Program-made: the position numbers and the translations under genes | Part shown: piece after piece, positions 1 through 12,160 of the stretch | How positions within the stretch are numbered: position 1 is the stretch's first letter | Layout of the letters: each line of letters opens with the position of its first letter | Assembly (NCBI GenBank): GCA_965644295.1 | Contig: CBFFRP010000409.1 | Location: forward strand, 49,207-113,206 | Length of the DNA: 64,000 nt | Source: Paraphysomonas bandaiensis | Taxonomy: Eukaryota > Protista > Chrysophyceae | Direction: 5' to 3' | The notes under the pieces: model-generated | What the model saw: only the letters and a program-made list of their open reading frames with translations | Database searches by the model: none | What the model was told of the DNA's origin: nothing

Positions 1-42
1 ACCGATTAGAGACCCAAAGTGCGATTTTATGAGTATTGATAC

Positions 43-311
43 CTTCTAGCTGAATTTCGGAAAGGAGCCCACACCCACTTGCCTTTCATTGCATTCTGAC
101 GCTTATCCTTGAACAAGGGCCCCTGATTGGTCTGTACAGCGGGGGCGATGCCGTCCTCTCCCACTAGTGCAAACAGCTCTCTGCTCATTCCTTTCGGTTT
201 GCTTTTAATCTTCGATGAGCTTTTTGGTTTCTCACCAAGTATTCTCGCAGCATCGTCCTGGCTACTAGAGGCATGTTTGTTCATGCCCAGTATATCCGCA
301 ACGTCTCCCAT
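43..311 (-). CDS. DMAP1: DMAP1/SWC4 (NuA4/SWR1 subunit), first exon; gene continues off the left edge
   Basis: MGDVADILG...KPKGMSRELFALVG...KWVWAPFRNSAR matches the conserved SWC4/DMAP1 N-terminus; AG|GT donor at 43/42. Confidence 0.85.
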
Positions 312-1576
312 GATATTAATCTGATCCCTCACCTCAATCAAAACAAATAAAAATAAAAGATGATCACTTCCAATTCGCAGTGATAGAGGAGTAATCTGAA
401 TGCACGGGTTTCTATCAACTTAAGTTGCTATCATGAAGTGTGTATGCATGTGCATATTATGGTATTTAATTTAATGCAAAGCACGGCATTTTATCTCGAT
501 ATCATAAAATCAAACTTTTCCTACAATAAACTGCATTTTTATAACTTTAAACTAGAAACTGTGTATTTTTGGACAGCAAAATCAGCAGCACAACATACAT
601 AAGTATACCGTATACACAGCACTGTAGTGCAGGGGGGTCTCTACACATGCATGGACTTGGCCTCATATCATGTGCATGATCTTTATGTAACACGCTGCTA
701 CATAATGCGAAACAAATTCAATGATTAGCCCTTCCCGTCTCAGGGAAAGTCGCTAGAGATCATCTATCAGCGTGGGTCAACTCTATATACTGATAATCAG
801 TAGGAGGCGTCACTTAAAGAAGTGGCAACAGATGGAGACCCTTCCTTCACATGTAAGTTATGAGTTGTACGTGAGCTCTGCGCAGAGAGCTATATGAAGG
901 GACTGTTGAATAAGAGGATGATACCGTACGCTCTCTTTAGGGAAGGACAATTCTGCTTCATTGTATATTGATGAGAACACATTCAGTAATTTTAATAGTG
1001 CTGAACTTGTTGTATAATTCAGTCATATCTCTTTTGTGAATACCGTATTAGTCTACTTATATCTACACTATCTACATGACTACAAAAAATAACATAACAT
1101 CCATACATTACTGCACTCCTTGTACTATTAAGTACTATTTTTGACTTTACCATCGCTGTCCATAAAATCGCGGTAATATAGTTGTCCCTACTAAATTTAA
1201 CCGACGTTCCAACTAAACAAGAAATTGTCATTTGTTCCTACGAATTTTGCTGACATCCCTATATTATTAAACACGGCAGCAAATGTTTCAGACATTCCTA
1301 CTAAGTTAAGAAGTTTCGATTCTACTAAGTTGAACAACTACGGCTCAACTAATTTACTAGGTACATCTGCAAAATATAGTAGGAAGTAATGGCACTTTGT
1401 AGTTTAGTAGGAACGTAGGAACACATGGAGAATTTAGTAGCTTTAAAAAACACCGCATAAACAAATCGTGAACAACTCAAAGGAGAAGTAAATATCTACA
1501 AAAAATTCTTCGAATTAATTAAAGTAAAAAATCGTCCACACAAAGTTTATGTAATGAGCACATTAAAGATAATGAC

Positions 1577-4500
1577 TTAATTCACACGACACTCTTCGAA
1601 TGGAACCCCTGCCTGTGAAAAAAGCTTACTCCAAGCTTTTTGCCAGACACTCATCTTATCGTTCGTACTCTTCACTTCAGTTACAAATATACAATCACGT
1701 GTCCACGGATATTGAGTGCTGTGTAGGCCCATTTGAGATGATAGATTATTACCCAGAGAATCGGCGACAGATGGCTCATATCGGTCAACGCAGAACATTA
1801 AATCTGGCATTCCCCTGTAATAACATACCGGATCACGAACCATTTCCTCTAGGATGGTACTCAGTCTACTCCCACCCAAACAACACGCCACCGATACGAT
1901 AAACTTCTTTTCTGTCCTTTCCCAGTTAATCCCGAAACACCTTTTCCCATAGCATTGGTCATACTTTTCAGATAGTTGTCTCCTAATAGTTCCGACGTCG
2001 GAGCACTTTAAAGCGTTAAGTATGGCGCATATTTTACCCCTTCGCCTTTGAAAGAAACTTTCATTTTGAACCAAGGGACTGTTAGGACCCTGGCAGTGTC
2101 TACCAGGAAGTAGGTCGATAGGACGGTCAAGAAACTCCCTTATCATTCCAAACGAAAGGGTAGAGTCATACATCGCATCCCATAGCACAAGCGACATTAG
2201 TACCAACCATATAGAGCCCTCACAGTAAGACCCTAGCCAGGTCAGATGATTACCAGGAAGCGTTACTGTCCCATGCACCCAAGCACCCGGGCCTTTACAT
2301 GTCTCCAACACATTTTGTACAAATGTATCAACACAACCTCTTGTAGGATCATTGTCGATTACAAACTTCGCCTCATCGTATAGGTGTAGCTCAACTCCTT
2401 CGCATCCGTTGCCACCAATAACAGACAAATATCGACATAATGCAAACTTTTCAACAATCATGCCACAATCGCGGTTGTTAAAATATGCCACACGCGTGGC
2501 ATTGGCCGAAATATCATCCAAGTGACTTGTTAGGTCACGACGGACATTTATTATTCCGCTTTCCTGACTATCAACCCTCTCGTATATCAAACGCTTTCTC
2601 CGCTTAAACGGCTGATTATCACCTGCACTTGTCACTGGACGTTGACGAGTACCACGAATCAATCTACCGCGAAACCAGCGAATCTGGTGTGCCAAAGGCG
2701 GAACATATCGTTTCGGAGGAGTTCTATCAGGGTCAGCACTTTGATCTAGAACATACTTTCTATTTCGACGCCTTCGCCCTCTAGAGTCATTTCCACGATA
2801 CATAGATGCCAGCTTTTCGATTTCTTCTGCATCGGCGGCATTTGTACCTCCCAACTGCCCACAAGACTCAAGCGCGGCGGAAAGTGCATGGAAAATTTCA
2901 TCTCTTGGTGCTTGTAGGTGCCGTAAACAGACAAGTAGGCGGATATGGCACTTGCCACGTACACTGGAAAGGATATCGTCCACAATTTCTAAACCATTGA
3001 ATAGTTTTCGACTTTTATCACCATTCAATAAATAACGCATAATTCGAATTGAAATATTGTAGTCATCTCGCCAACCACTGCAAGCGGTAAAGCGCTTCTT
3101 TTTCCACTGAGCTCTTCGTTCAAAATAATTTAGAAATTCAAACAGCCCACATAAAATTGGCCAGAGGGGAAGGACATGATACAATCTTGCCGACACAAAT
3201 TCAGTAGAGAGAGATGCATAGTCATCATTAGACCCCCACGTAGTAGCTATTCCGGTGAAGGATACTGTCTCGTCGCTGCTCTCTCGCCACCCTTGCAAAA
3301 CCATATCCAGCATGAGCTCAACATTACAGTCTATATCACTGTACACAGGTGGCTCATCGTCATCCTCCCCATTCACCAAAGCATCCCATTGACTACTGAT
3401 TCTACTTCTATGGTTTTCGTTTGACTCCTTCACGAGAGACTTCACTATATCACGCCATATCATAGCATCCCGGTAAGCACAGATATGTCTCACATTCGTG
3501 TACAGACTGTCGAATGGTATATTCCGCACAGGCACTTCAAATGAAGTAAGAACATATGATGCACTATAACACACGCAATAGTTCATTACAAATACGTCGA
3601 TAACATATAATACACGATCGTTCAAATGTTGAAACTGTACATGCTGGTCAGAGTCATCCTGAAATTTTGGTGAGCTGTCACAAAAGCATTGCGAAGTACG
3701 ATATATATTTTCCAGCATGTAGTCACATATTGCGTTCAGTGTAAGATTATCAGGGGTAGTGGAATCTGAGTACGGCACGCAGAGATAATAAACAATATAC
3801 ACTAGCGCCCATTTAACAAGGCATGATCTACACTTCCGTAACGACAGCACTACGTCTTGTATATCCACACAAATCCTGGAAAAGTTACACACATAACGCT
3901 GACTGAGCGTCATTTTCCCATGAAATACAGTGGTAAATAAACCCTCCAGCTCTGGGCCGTATGGTGAATGGAGTAGTGTTACAATATTCTTCACAGCAGT
4001 AAGTACACGCAGCACAATTGGAAATTCGTCACACAATAGCTTAGAATTACTGCGGGTCACTGGTGATTCATCCGAGCATGGAACAATCGCGGCTGGTGGT
4101 ATAGATACACGATTTAATGAAGTACTAAGTCTTCGTTCTTCGCTTGAAAATAATTTATCTAGAATAGAACGCACACTATCGGCAGTTTGAACCAGTTCTG
4201 AAGCGACATAATGCCAAACCACACCTCCCCTATCTCTCCACTTCTTACAATGTTGAGAATTCGGTGATATCAATAGACTACCAATCTGACACTGTTTAAT
4301 CAACTGTGACGACCTCGAATAGACGTATATGTCAGCATCACAGTGTATCTCTCGCCTGCACCATATGCGGCGCTGTGAGCTCATCCAATACTTGTGTCCT
4401 ATGGGATACTTGCAACACAGCTTTGGAGAATAGTCCCTCAGAGCTCTCCATAACTCTCTGCCTCTTTCATTCCATCGTGATTCAGCGATATAATTGGACT

Positions 4501-4645
4501 GTATAGCGATGTGTAAGTTATGAGTGTTGATGCGATGTACGGACTCATAAGCACTGAACGATAACTGATTAGTCAGATGAATAAGAGAGAGATTATCGTC
4601 AGTTAAAACACCATCAAACTCACAGTATATCACTGGTTTACTCAT
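1577..4645 (-). CDS. FAN1: FAN1-like VRR-NUC nuclease with an N-terminal degenerate HAD-like domain
   Basis: 1022-aa intronless ORF; C-terminal RGMPDL...EVKSTNDKMSVWQKAW is a VRR-NUC PD-(D/E)xK motif; upstream VEKFAL/CEGSIW/GINW blocks are FAN1-like. Confidence 0.8.
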   Translation of the reverse strand: MSKPVIYCEFDGVLTDDNLSLIHLTNQLSFSAYESVHRINTHNLHIAIQSNYIAESRWNERGRELWRALRDYSPKLCCKYPIGHKYWMSSQRRIWCRREIHCDADIYVYSRSSQLIKQCQIGSLLISPNSQHCKKWRDRGGVVWHYVASELVQTADSVRSILDKLFSSEERRLSTSLNRVSIPPAAIVPCSDESPVTRSNSKLLCDEFPIVLRVLTAVKNIVTLLHSPYGPELEGLFTTVFHGKMTLSQRYVCNFSRICVDIQDVVLSLRKCRSCLVKWALVYIVYYLCVPYSDSTTPDNLTLNAICDYMLENIYRTSQCFCDSSPKFQDDSDQHVQFQHLNDRVLYVIDVFVMNYCVCYSASYVLTSFEVPVRNIPFDSLYTNVRHICAYRDAMIWRDIVKSLVKESNENHRSRISSQWDALVNGEDDDEPPVYSDIDCNVELMLDMVLQGWRESSDETVSFTGIATTWGSNDDYASLSTEFVSARLYHVLPLWPILCGLFEFLNYFERRAQWKKKRFTACSGWRDDYNISIRIMRYLLNGDKSRKLFNGLEIVDDILSSVRGKCHIRLLVCLRHLQAPRDEIFHALSAALESCGQLGGTNAADAEEIEKLASMYRGNDSRGRRRRNRKYVLDQSADPDRTPPKRYVPPLAHQIRWFRGRLIRGTRQRPVTSAGDNQPFKRRKRLIYERVDSQESGIINVRRDLTSHLDDISANATRVAYFNNRDCGMIVEKFALCRYLSVIGGNGCEGVELHLYDEAKFVIDNDPTRGCVDTFVQNVLETCKGPGAWVHGTVTLPGNHLTWLGSYCEGSIWLVLMSLVLWDAMYDSTLSFGMIREFLDRPIDLLPGRHCQGPNSPLVQNESFFQRRRGKICAILNALKCSDVGTIRRQLSEKYDQCYGKRCFGINWERTEKKFIVSVACCLGGSRLSTILEEMVRDPVCYYRGMPDLMFCVDRYEPSVADSLGNNLSSQMGLHSTQYPWTRDCIFVTEVKSTNDKMSVWQKAWSKLFSQAGVPFEECRVN

Positions 4646-5638
4646 ATGGGATATAGTGATTACATCAGTGATTGTGAATGATGTGACTGATGTTTAATGC
4701 CACCTGACTATACATGTATGTATGCTATGAGACCCTTCTATGTACTCTCGTCATGATGAGGTGGACTAATAGTTGGGATATTTACAGGAATATCCCTGGT
4801 TTCCGGAATGAAAACCAGTTTTCCTGTACTATTCAAACTCCTTTGTAGGAGTACCAGCACTGCTGTGCTATATATACAGATAGGTGTTGGGATCTTGAGG
4901 CACGGAGGAGTGATTCAATGTGCATGGAATAGAGGCCGAGTGATTCACCCTGTTACAATATATCTCCCACCAGACTCGTCTATACTTGTACGACTAGTTC
5001 ATTTGCAATGCATCACGTTCTCAGCTTCTTACAGCAGGCCTCTGCACATAATGTAACCTTGACGCACACTCTTTTGTCGTTTTAATCCTTATTTTGCTTT
5101 ATTTTCAGGCGAATTCATCTTCGAATACGGAACAAAAGAGGTAACGTGTAATGGCGAGATGTTTATTCTCTGAAAGTATTGTTTGTAGAGTTCAACTTGC
5201 GGTACAAGTTCGACAGCGAATGAACCGAGCGGATAACGTTCAGAAGCAATCGGAACAGTCTTGCTGTGATTTGTATGCACATTGGTTTGTTTCATTGTTA
5301 GCGTTATGCGAGAGTGCTGCCCGACTAACTGTACACTCTGCTATTGTGGGGGTTGTACTTATTCTCTACTATGTTATATACTGTCTGTCGTGTGGTAAAG
5401 TAAGTGTGAGTAACGTGATGGCCCATCAAATGAGTCGATGCAGTTTGTATTCCGGCCTGTTATTTGCAATGCTAGGGAATATATGTACGTTTTATCATAT
5501 TGTAAATGCAATTCTAAAGTGTGATTTTATGAAGTGGTACCTTGGAACCCAGTTCTCTATGTTTTTCACCAATCAGGAACACTCTCAAGGTACACATACA
5601 CTGTTCTAGTTTCTTTTTAGGCGTGTATTTGTTATGAT

Positions 5639-6349
5639 ATGAAGTACGTTTACATAGTGTATATCAATTGGTTTTGGATATATATAGATATCTTATAATT
5701 CGACCTCAGGCCAAACGTTCCGGGCTCTTTGCTCCACCTTCAGGATATTCCCTCTGCACTAGACATAGACTGTTGGAGCTGTTGCATCTGTTGCGGGTGC
5801 CGCAAAGGCCATTGCGTCTGCTGTGGTCAGCCTGCAGAGTCGAGCCTTCCGCCTTATAAGCTGGCGCAAGTATGTATATGTTCACTTATACTAATTGTAT
5901 CTTTTTACCGCACCTCTTTCACGTACACAGATCTCGCTACTAAGTGTGGGGTTTTGCTCGGGGTGTGGCTGGTATCAGTGTGTCGGAGGGGATTCCTTCC
6001 ACCGCAAACTAGGTCTGTTTAAATTTGTCTTTTCCGAAATGCCTAAGTATGAATGATTTTAGACAAGGCATTTAGTGAGGTTGATGTTGAAAATGCTGAG
6101 GCTACTCGAGCATTCTACCAGCAGGTAGCTATCTATATACACATGACATGATATAATACGATTCTATTGTACATGAATTTTACTTGTTTGGAATAGAACT
6201 ACAACTGTACATCCTTCGATGAGCTATTTCGGAGAGATGTATGTGGTGAAGTGGTCGCCCCAGTAGCACAGCAGAGAGATATGCACTACCCCGTAGTAGT
6301 GCAAGCGCAACCAGTGCAAGGAACCACTGTTGGTGTGAACTACAAGTAA
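5639..6349 (+). CDS. small spliced Cys-rich protein (PLAC8/CYSTM-like composition), function unknown
   Basis: Manual splicing over short GT-AG introns gives MKPNVPGSLLHLQDIPSALDIDCWSCCICCGCRKGHCVCCG...VVVQAQPVQGTTVGVNYK*. Confidence 0.55.
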
Positions 6350-7757
6350 TAACTGAATTGCGGAATTGCCCTACTTGATATTGGGCTACTGCAAGCATGA
6401 AATATAAAGTATATAATGCGTAGTAGCGTCAATGTATAGTTATTGCCGAATATACAACATATACTATGTATCAGGATCAGGAACAACTGTACAGCGTTGA
6501 GATATACAATGTGCACAGCTGCGAGTTTTCGATGCAATATTCAAGTGACTTAGGAAGCATTAGTACACGATTGCAATTAACTACAAGTTCGTAATACTAT
6601 TTTCAATTATTTCAATGGTATTGTTGATCGCTTTGAAAAACTATGGCACTATTTTGGCTACAGTATCGATATACATTTTTAAGACTAGAAAGAGATATCA
6701 CAAATTAACAGTGGATGTACTTCTCCTAAAATATACTCCAAAATAATATTTTAAGAAGTGCTTACTATAGTAGTAACAGGAAAGTAGGTATCTTTGTCAA
6801 AATCTGGGGCCGTGAAAATTTGTAAAAGAGGATGATTGTAAACACCTTATTATTTTGTAGCGGTTGTGCTTCTACACTTCTACATGAAGGAGTTAGGATG
6901 GAGAGTATATCTTCTGTATTCTATTTGGAATGCAATCAATTGCTAAATATATTTGAGAACTATGCATTAGTATGACCGTATGACCTTATCACGGCTGGCC
7001 ATCTATGACGCATTTCAATTGTGAGTTCGGCCTCTCGTTGATTTTATAAAACAGTAGCAAACGCTCTAATAAAAGTATGCTTATTACAGGAGACACTACA
7101 TCTCCATCCATCCTTACATTTCTATTTCAAGCTATTTATTCTTGTTTCGGAGGATGCCTCAATCTCATCTAATAGTGTTTATAGAGTTTAAACAATATGC
7201 AGCTAATCAACTTCTTCTGTTTATGTTACTGTACACATGATGCCATATTAGAACAAGAAGATAGCCAATGAGTACATATCTATCGTGCGCACCTCACAGT
7301 TTTACTGTCCTAGATACCATACCTGTTAGAGATAGATCTACCTATAGATATCTAGATATATAGATAGCTATGCATGGATGCAGATGTCCACATATAGGTA
7401 TATATATACGGTATACCGTGTATACTGTATGTGTTCATGCTATCAACCAAACCTTCCAGAGCTTTGATTGGACATAAAGTGTACAAAAAGAACCTACTCT
7501 GCTGATGATGATGGTGAATAAAGTGTCAGCATGGATATTCACGATCCCTCTCCGCACCCTCGGCCTGACTGCATATGCAAAGCACCCTTCACACTTCCAT
7601 CTTAGAACTTCGATCATCCATGACGGCATAGCAATGATTCATACCTACACTATCACTGTATAGACCTACTTCACTTCACTGTATCTTCACTTCACTTCAC
7701 TGTATTGACTTCGTATATTATCTTCTTGTTCTGTATGCGTTAACACCGTAAGCTAAC

Positions 7758-9396
7758 ATGAGTGAAGTAAGTGATATTACGAGTGAAGTAAGTGATATTA
7801 CGGATATCGGGGACGGAGTGGACCGGCAATGGATTAACGGTAAACCTCATAGTATAACAACAGCCGTAACATCATGAGATACTGTTATAGTATCACAAGT
7901 GAAATCCATTGAAGATATGTTGACAATCCTCTCACTCACACGTCTTTATTACTGTTTAATGGCTATCTGTTCGATGATATTCTTCTCTAGCGGGGTAGAG
8001 ATGTCTATAGGAGTATTCGCATCAGCGGGATGGGTGAATGAGATGAATTACGATCAGTTGTTTCTCTTCTCTGGTGTTCTGTTAATCGGACAGTTCTTTG
8101 GGACATATGTGTTCGGTTTATTGGCAGGTCAGTTGATGTGATATGCACGTATGACTCTTGTGGCGTGTGAGATGACTGGACATCCACATACTTATAACGA
8201 TGTGGGTATTCATGAATTAAATATTTATTTGTGTGCTCAGATTATTTCGGACGAAGGAAAACAATCATTGCAAGTAAGCAGCAACCTTGTCTCTGTTGCT
8301 CCTGTTTGACGTCTCACACAGGTAGTTTTGTGATTGCATGCAGCAGTGTATTGGCCGCATTTACAGAGAGCCACTGGCCTCTTTTGGCCCTTAGAGCGGT
8401 AACAGGATTCGGTTTTGGCGGGCTAACCGTTGCATTCGATCTAGTTGCGGAATATGTACCCGGAAGCTATCGAGGACGATTCTTGGTTCTCTTGAAAGGA
8501 TTCTGGGCCTTGGGCATACTCACGACTCCTGTAGTATTCGTGATGTGCAAGCCCTTCCTTGGATATAGAGTGGTTGTTCTTATCTGCGCCGCGCCTGCTT
8601 GTATATCTACTGTTTTGTCAGCATGTTTCTTGCCAGAAAGTGCTCGTTGGCTCTTAGTAATGGGAAAGCCGCATCTGGCTGAGGATGCTCTACGGTACTG
8701 TGGAAGTAGAGATGTATCTCTCTATAAACTTCAACCTCATAGTGCTCCACAAACGTCAGCATTCAGCTTTCTCAACGCTGATAACAAAGGGTTGATTATG
8801 CCGTTATGTGTGTTATGGACATGCTTTGGTTTCGTTTCGTCTGGTGTAGTGGTACACCTTTGCACCGGTCTGATGCACAATGAATCTAGTTCTAATTCCA
8901 CACTGAACCCTTCTGCCTACGAGCTCTTACTGCGTGGCTCGATAGCTGAACTCGTCGGTATCGTAGTGGCGATCTTAATGGTTGATTCATGTGGTCGTGT
9001 ATCATCTCAGGTATCATCTGATATTTGACGTGCCCTCAGTTTGACAGAAACATGTAGGTATCTTTGTTTGCGGGTAGTGGTGTGGCTGCTTTCTGTCTTG
9101 GTCTCGGCATTCCCTCTTTGACGGAGAGTATACTAGTTGTAATTCTTCTTGCCACTCTTTCAGGAGGGACTGCGGTGTCGTGGACTGCTACGGCTGAACT
9201 CTTTCCTACTTCTTGTCGAGCTACGGGACACGCATTCGTGCACAGCTTCTCCATATTGGGTAGCTTACTTGGACTCATGCTATATGCGGCTACTACTACC
9301 CGGTCCTTGTTTATATGCTCTGTGCTCTCGCTAGCTGGCTGCTTGGCCGCAGTTTTTGCCCTGTTTCCACCTGAAACTTACGGTAGTAACCCTTGA
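7758..9396 (+). CDS. MFS transporter, SV2/SVOP-like (spliced)
   Basis: DYFGRR motif A, RAVTGFGFGG, AEYVPGSYRG, LPESARWL, VDSCGR, AELFPTSCRATG across several exons. Confidence 0.85.
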
Positions 9397-9991
9397 GAAT
9401 TACGTAATGTAACTAATTTTTTTGTAGGGAACACGTTGGACGCGGTAAATATATGGCAATGCGTGATGTTTTGAAGTGTTTAATATTGATTCATATAGGT
9501 TGGTTCTCAGAAAGTAAATGTTAAGCCTAAAGTTATTACTCCGCGGAAACCTCGTGGAAACGTAGTATTCGATGCTAATGCTCGCTATGAGCAATTCTTT
9601 GCGGATCCTTTCGATGGGAATGATGATGTATAGGAAGGGTCACTATAATTTTATTGGTGCGTGGTATTACTAGTACATGTATAATATAACGTATAACGAT
9701 GTTGAACTTCTTGGTGTAGTACTGAAAAAGTTATTGGTTATATTAAAGTGTAGTCGTTGAAATAAATAATTTAAAGTTGTTAATATTAAATTACTCTGAT
9801 CTCTGATAGCTAGGAGAATGTCCTTGTACCAAATGAACTTCCCATCGTGTGCTGATGCGTTGTACAATGTAGAAAGTTCTTGCAGCATTAGTACTTTAAG
9901 TTGCAACATCCAACATATAGAATGTGTTCTGTTCCAACGGTACGTGTGCTAAGCAACGCAACTATGACAAATTATACGCTGTTAAGGCTCG

Positions 9992-10368
9992 CTCAACAAA
10001 GTCGGACTCTCACCATTTCGTGGTGTTCTGGGGGATAAGTATTGGAGATATTTCTCCGGGAAACTAACGTTCTTGTAGCCAGCAGATAACTTTTTGTCGG
10101 CTCATAGCTTGTGTAGACGTCACTTTGGGCCCTGACGAATAAACATACATCTGGGTTGTTCACCTTAAGGACTTATAAAATGTCAGGTATATCAACATTC
10201 TTCTTGTTCATTGAGTTTTCTTTGAGTAATAGAGCGGCCGTAATTGCACCTTGGTGCTAGCGGCGACACACAAGCAACTTTCGTAGCGTTATATAATTGG
10301 ATATCATAGTTAAGCACTAGTTAGTTAAATAGTGCTGAAACTAAAACGCCTATTGCTAATAATAAGAC
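9992..10368 (+). mobile_element. non-autonomous retroelement copy (HDV-like ribozyme head, LINE-shared 3' end), near full length
   Basis: Starts ctcaacaaagtcggactctcacc, ends cgcctattgctaataataagac; homologous to copies at 34.4, 43.8, 46.2, 61.0, 61.6 and 61.9 kb. Confidence 0.7.
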
Positions 10369-11292
10369 ATTAACTACTAAAAAATGGTTAACTGAAATAG
10401 TTTTACTGTGTACAAGATCGTGTCTATCTAAGATGTGAAAAATTTAGTATATTGATTGGTAGTAGAGAGTAGAGAGAGCATAAATTTAAGGAATGTCAAT
10501 GAATGGTAAGAGATGGTGATTATAATTTTACTAATTGATTAATGAGGGAGTTGATCGCTTTATAAATACTTAATAGCTATTTTTCCATTCAAATATAAAA
10601 TACAAAATACTGATATTACGATATCGGATGGTAGTTTGATCAGCTTGGGGTGATCATATGAACGAAAAATATCAAGGCTTCCCGAGCACGAAGCAGCAGC
10701 AAAATCGTCATTTTAGACAATACTACAAAACACTTCGAGAAAAGGCTTCCCGAGCAGAGAGTTAACTGAATACAGATTACATATGATTTAGAATAGAATT
10801 GCACATCTTAAATAAATGAACATATATATACATCCACCTGTTTGTCTTAGTTGGGTTTTGGTGGTCTGTCAGTTATGAGGAATCGAGTCACGAAGTATCA
10901 GCTCTAAATAGGAGAGGGAGTGTCAAGTCTATAACTAATTTATATTAACTAATCTATGTAAGCTGTACTCGGCACATACACTGCCAAGCGCATCCTAAGA
11001 GGAGACCTGATCTTGCTATTCCCACTGATGCAACTACTCAGTATGTATTACTCAGGTACTATAATTATAGTCAAAGGGAAAAGAAGATGTGCACGACACC
11101 CCCACAGGATTCTAAGAACACCAAACTACTGATAATGTTATCGCGCAAAAAACAATATTCATACCCAGCTGCGTATTTTACGTTATAAATTTCTTAACAC
11201 ATAGGCACGTAAATTATACTACTGGAGTAACTTGTTTACCATGCCGTCGTATATACACTACCATCATGCTCTCAAGAGATACTATCTATATC

Positions 11293-11714
11293 TTAACCTC
11301 CGTGGATAACAATCTGGTCGTCGTGGCATATCTCCTGATCAACAAAGAACTCACGAACATTTGTCCTCTGATCTCCTGACAGCTGAATAATCTCTCCGAG
11401 CTCAGCATCATTATTCACAGTTCCATTGCACTGAAAAGTTTTCTTGAGTGCTCTTGTGATCTTCTTGAGGTCAAGATCATCAGGGAGACCTTGAATAGTA
11501 GTGATACACTTCCGTCTAATACGCAGCCATCACACACATACAGTCAGTAGTGATATAAGCCTACCCATTACGCTGTTGAACACGGACGTGAATCTTACTC
11601 CCCTTATCATCTTCCTTATCCGCAAACGGATCTGTGAGCAGATAATTAGATTCCTGCTACAGAATTATGTAACTAATATATACCCGAAGCCTGGGCGAAA
11701 TTCTTGATATCCAT
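11293..11714 (-). CDS. EIF1: translation initiation factor eIF1/SUI1 (3 exons)
   Basis: Spliced product MDIKNFAQASDPFADKEDDKGSKIHVRVQQRNGRKCITTIQGLPDDLDLKKITRALKKTFQCNGTV...IIQLSGDQR...IVIHGG*. Confidence 0.95.
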
Positions 11715-12160
11715 AATAATGTTAGTGACTAATAATGCGAGAGATATAAGTTAAGTATGTATGTATATATATATGTCTACACATCCCTCCAACTCCACAC
11801 ACCACACACCATATAACTACTAAGAACACTGTACACTTGTTCATAGAAACAAGAGGATGTGTACGACTATCTTCAACCGACATCGTTTTCAGTTTTAGTT
11901 TATAGAAAGGACGAGCAGCAGAGTGAGGGGGGGGAAGTTACTCAATCGAAGTGTCAACACTTCCTTCCTCATAGATCTGTATACATATCACTTCATCTCT
12001 CTGGATCTACACTCACTTCTATATACTTCACTGATGGGATACTTCTAGTATGTAGTAACACTAAACGTGCTCTATAGTAGTTAGCGTGCTATATAGTAGT
12101 TTATAACTCCTGCTAGTATCATTAGAAACCCATTGAAGTTTATCATGAAGTTGTAAGTCC

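Noticed and set aside
1185-1442. Clustered ctactaaattt / aatttagtag motifs
   Set aside because: Probably subterminal repeats of an old DNA transposon, but no termini or TSD could be defined
7758-7802. 21-bp tandem duplication at the MFS start
   Set aside because: Simple in-frame slippage duplication with no evidence of function
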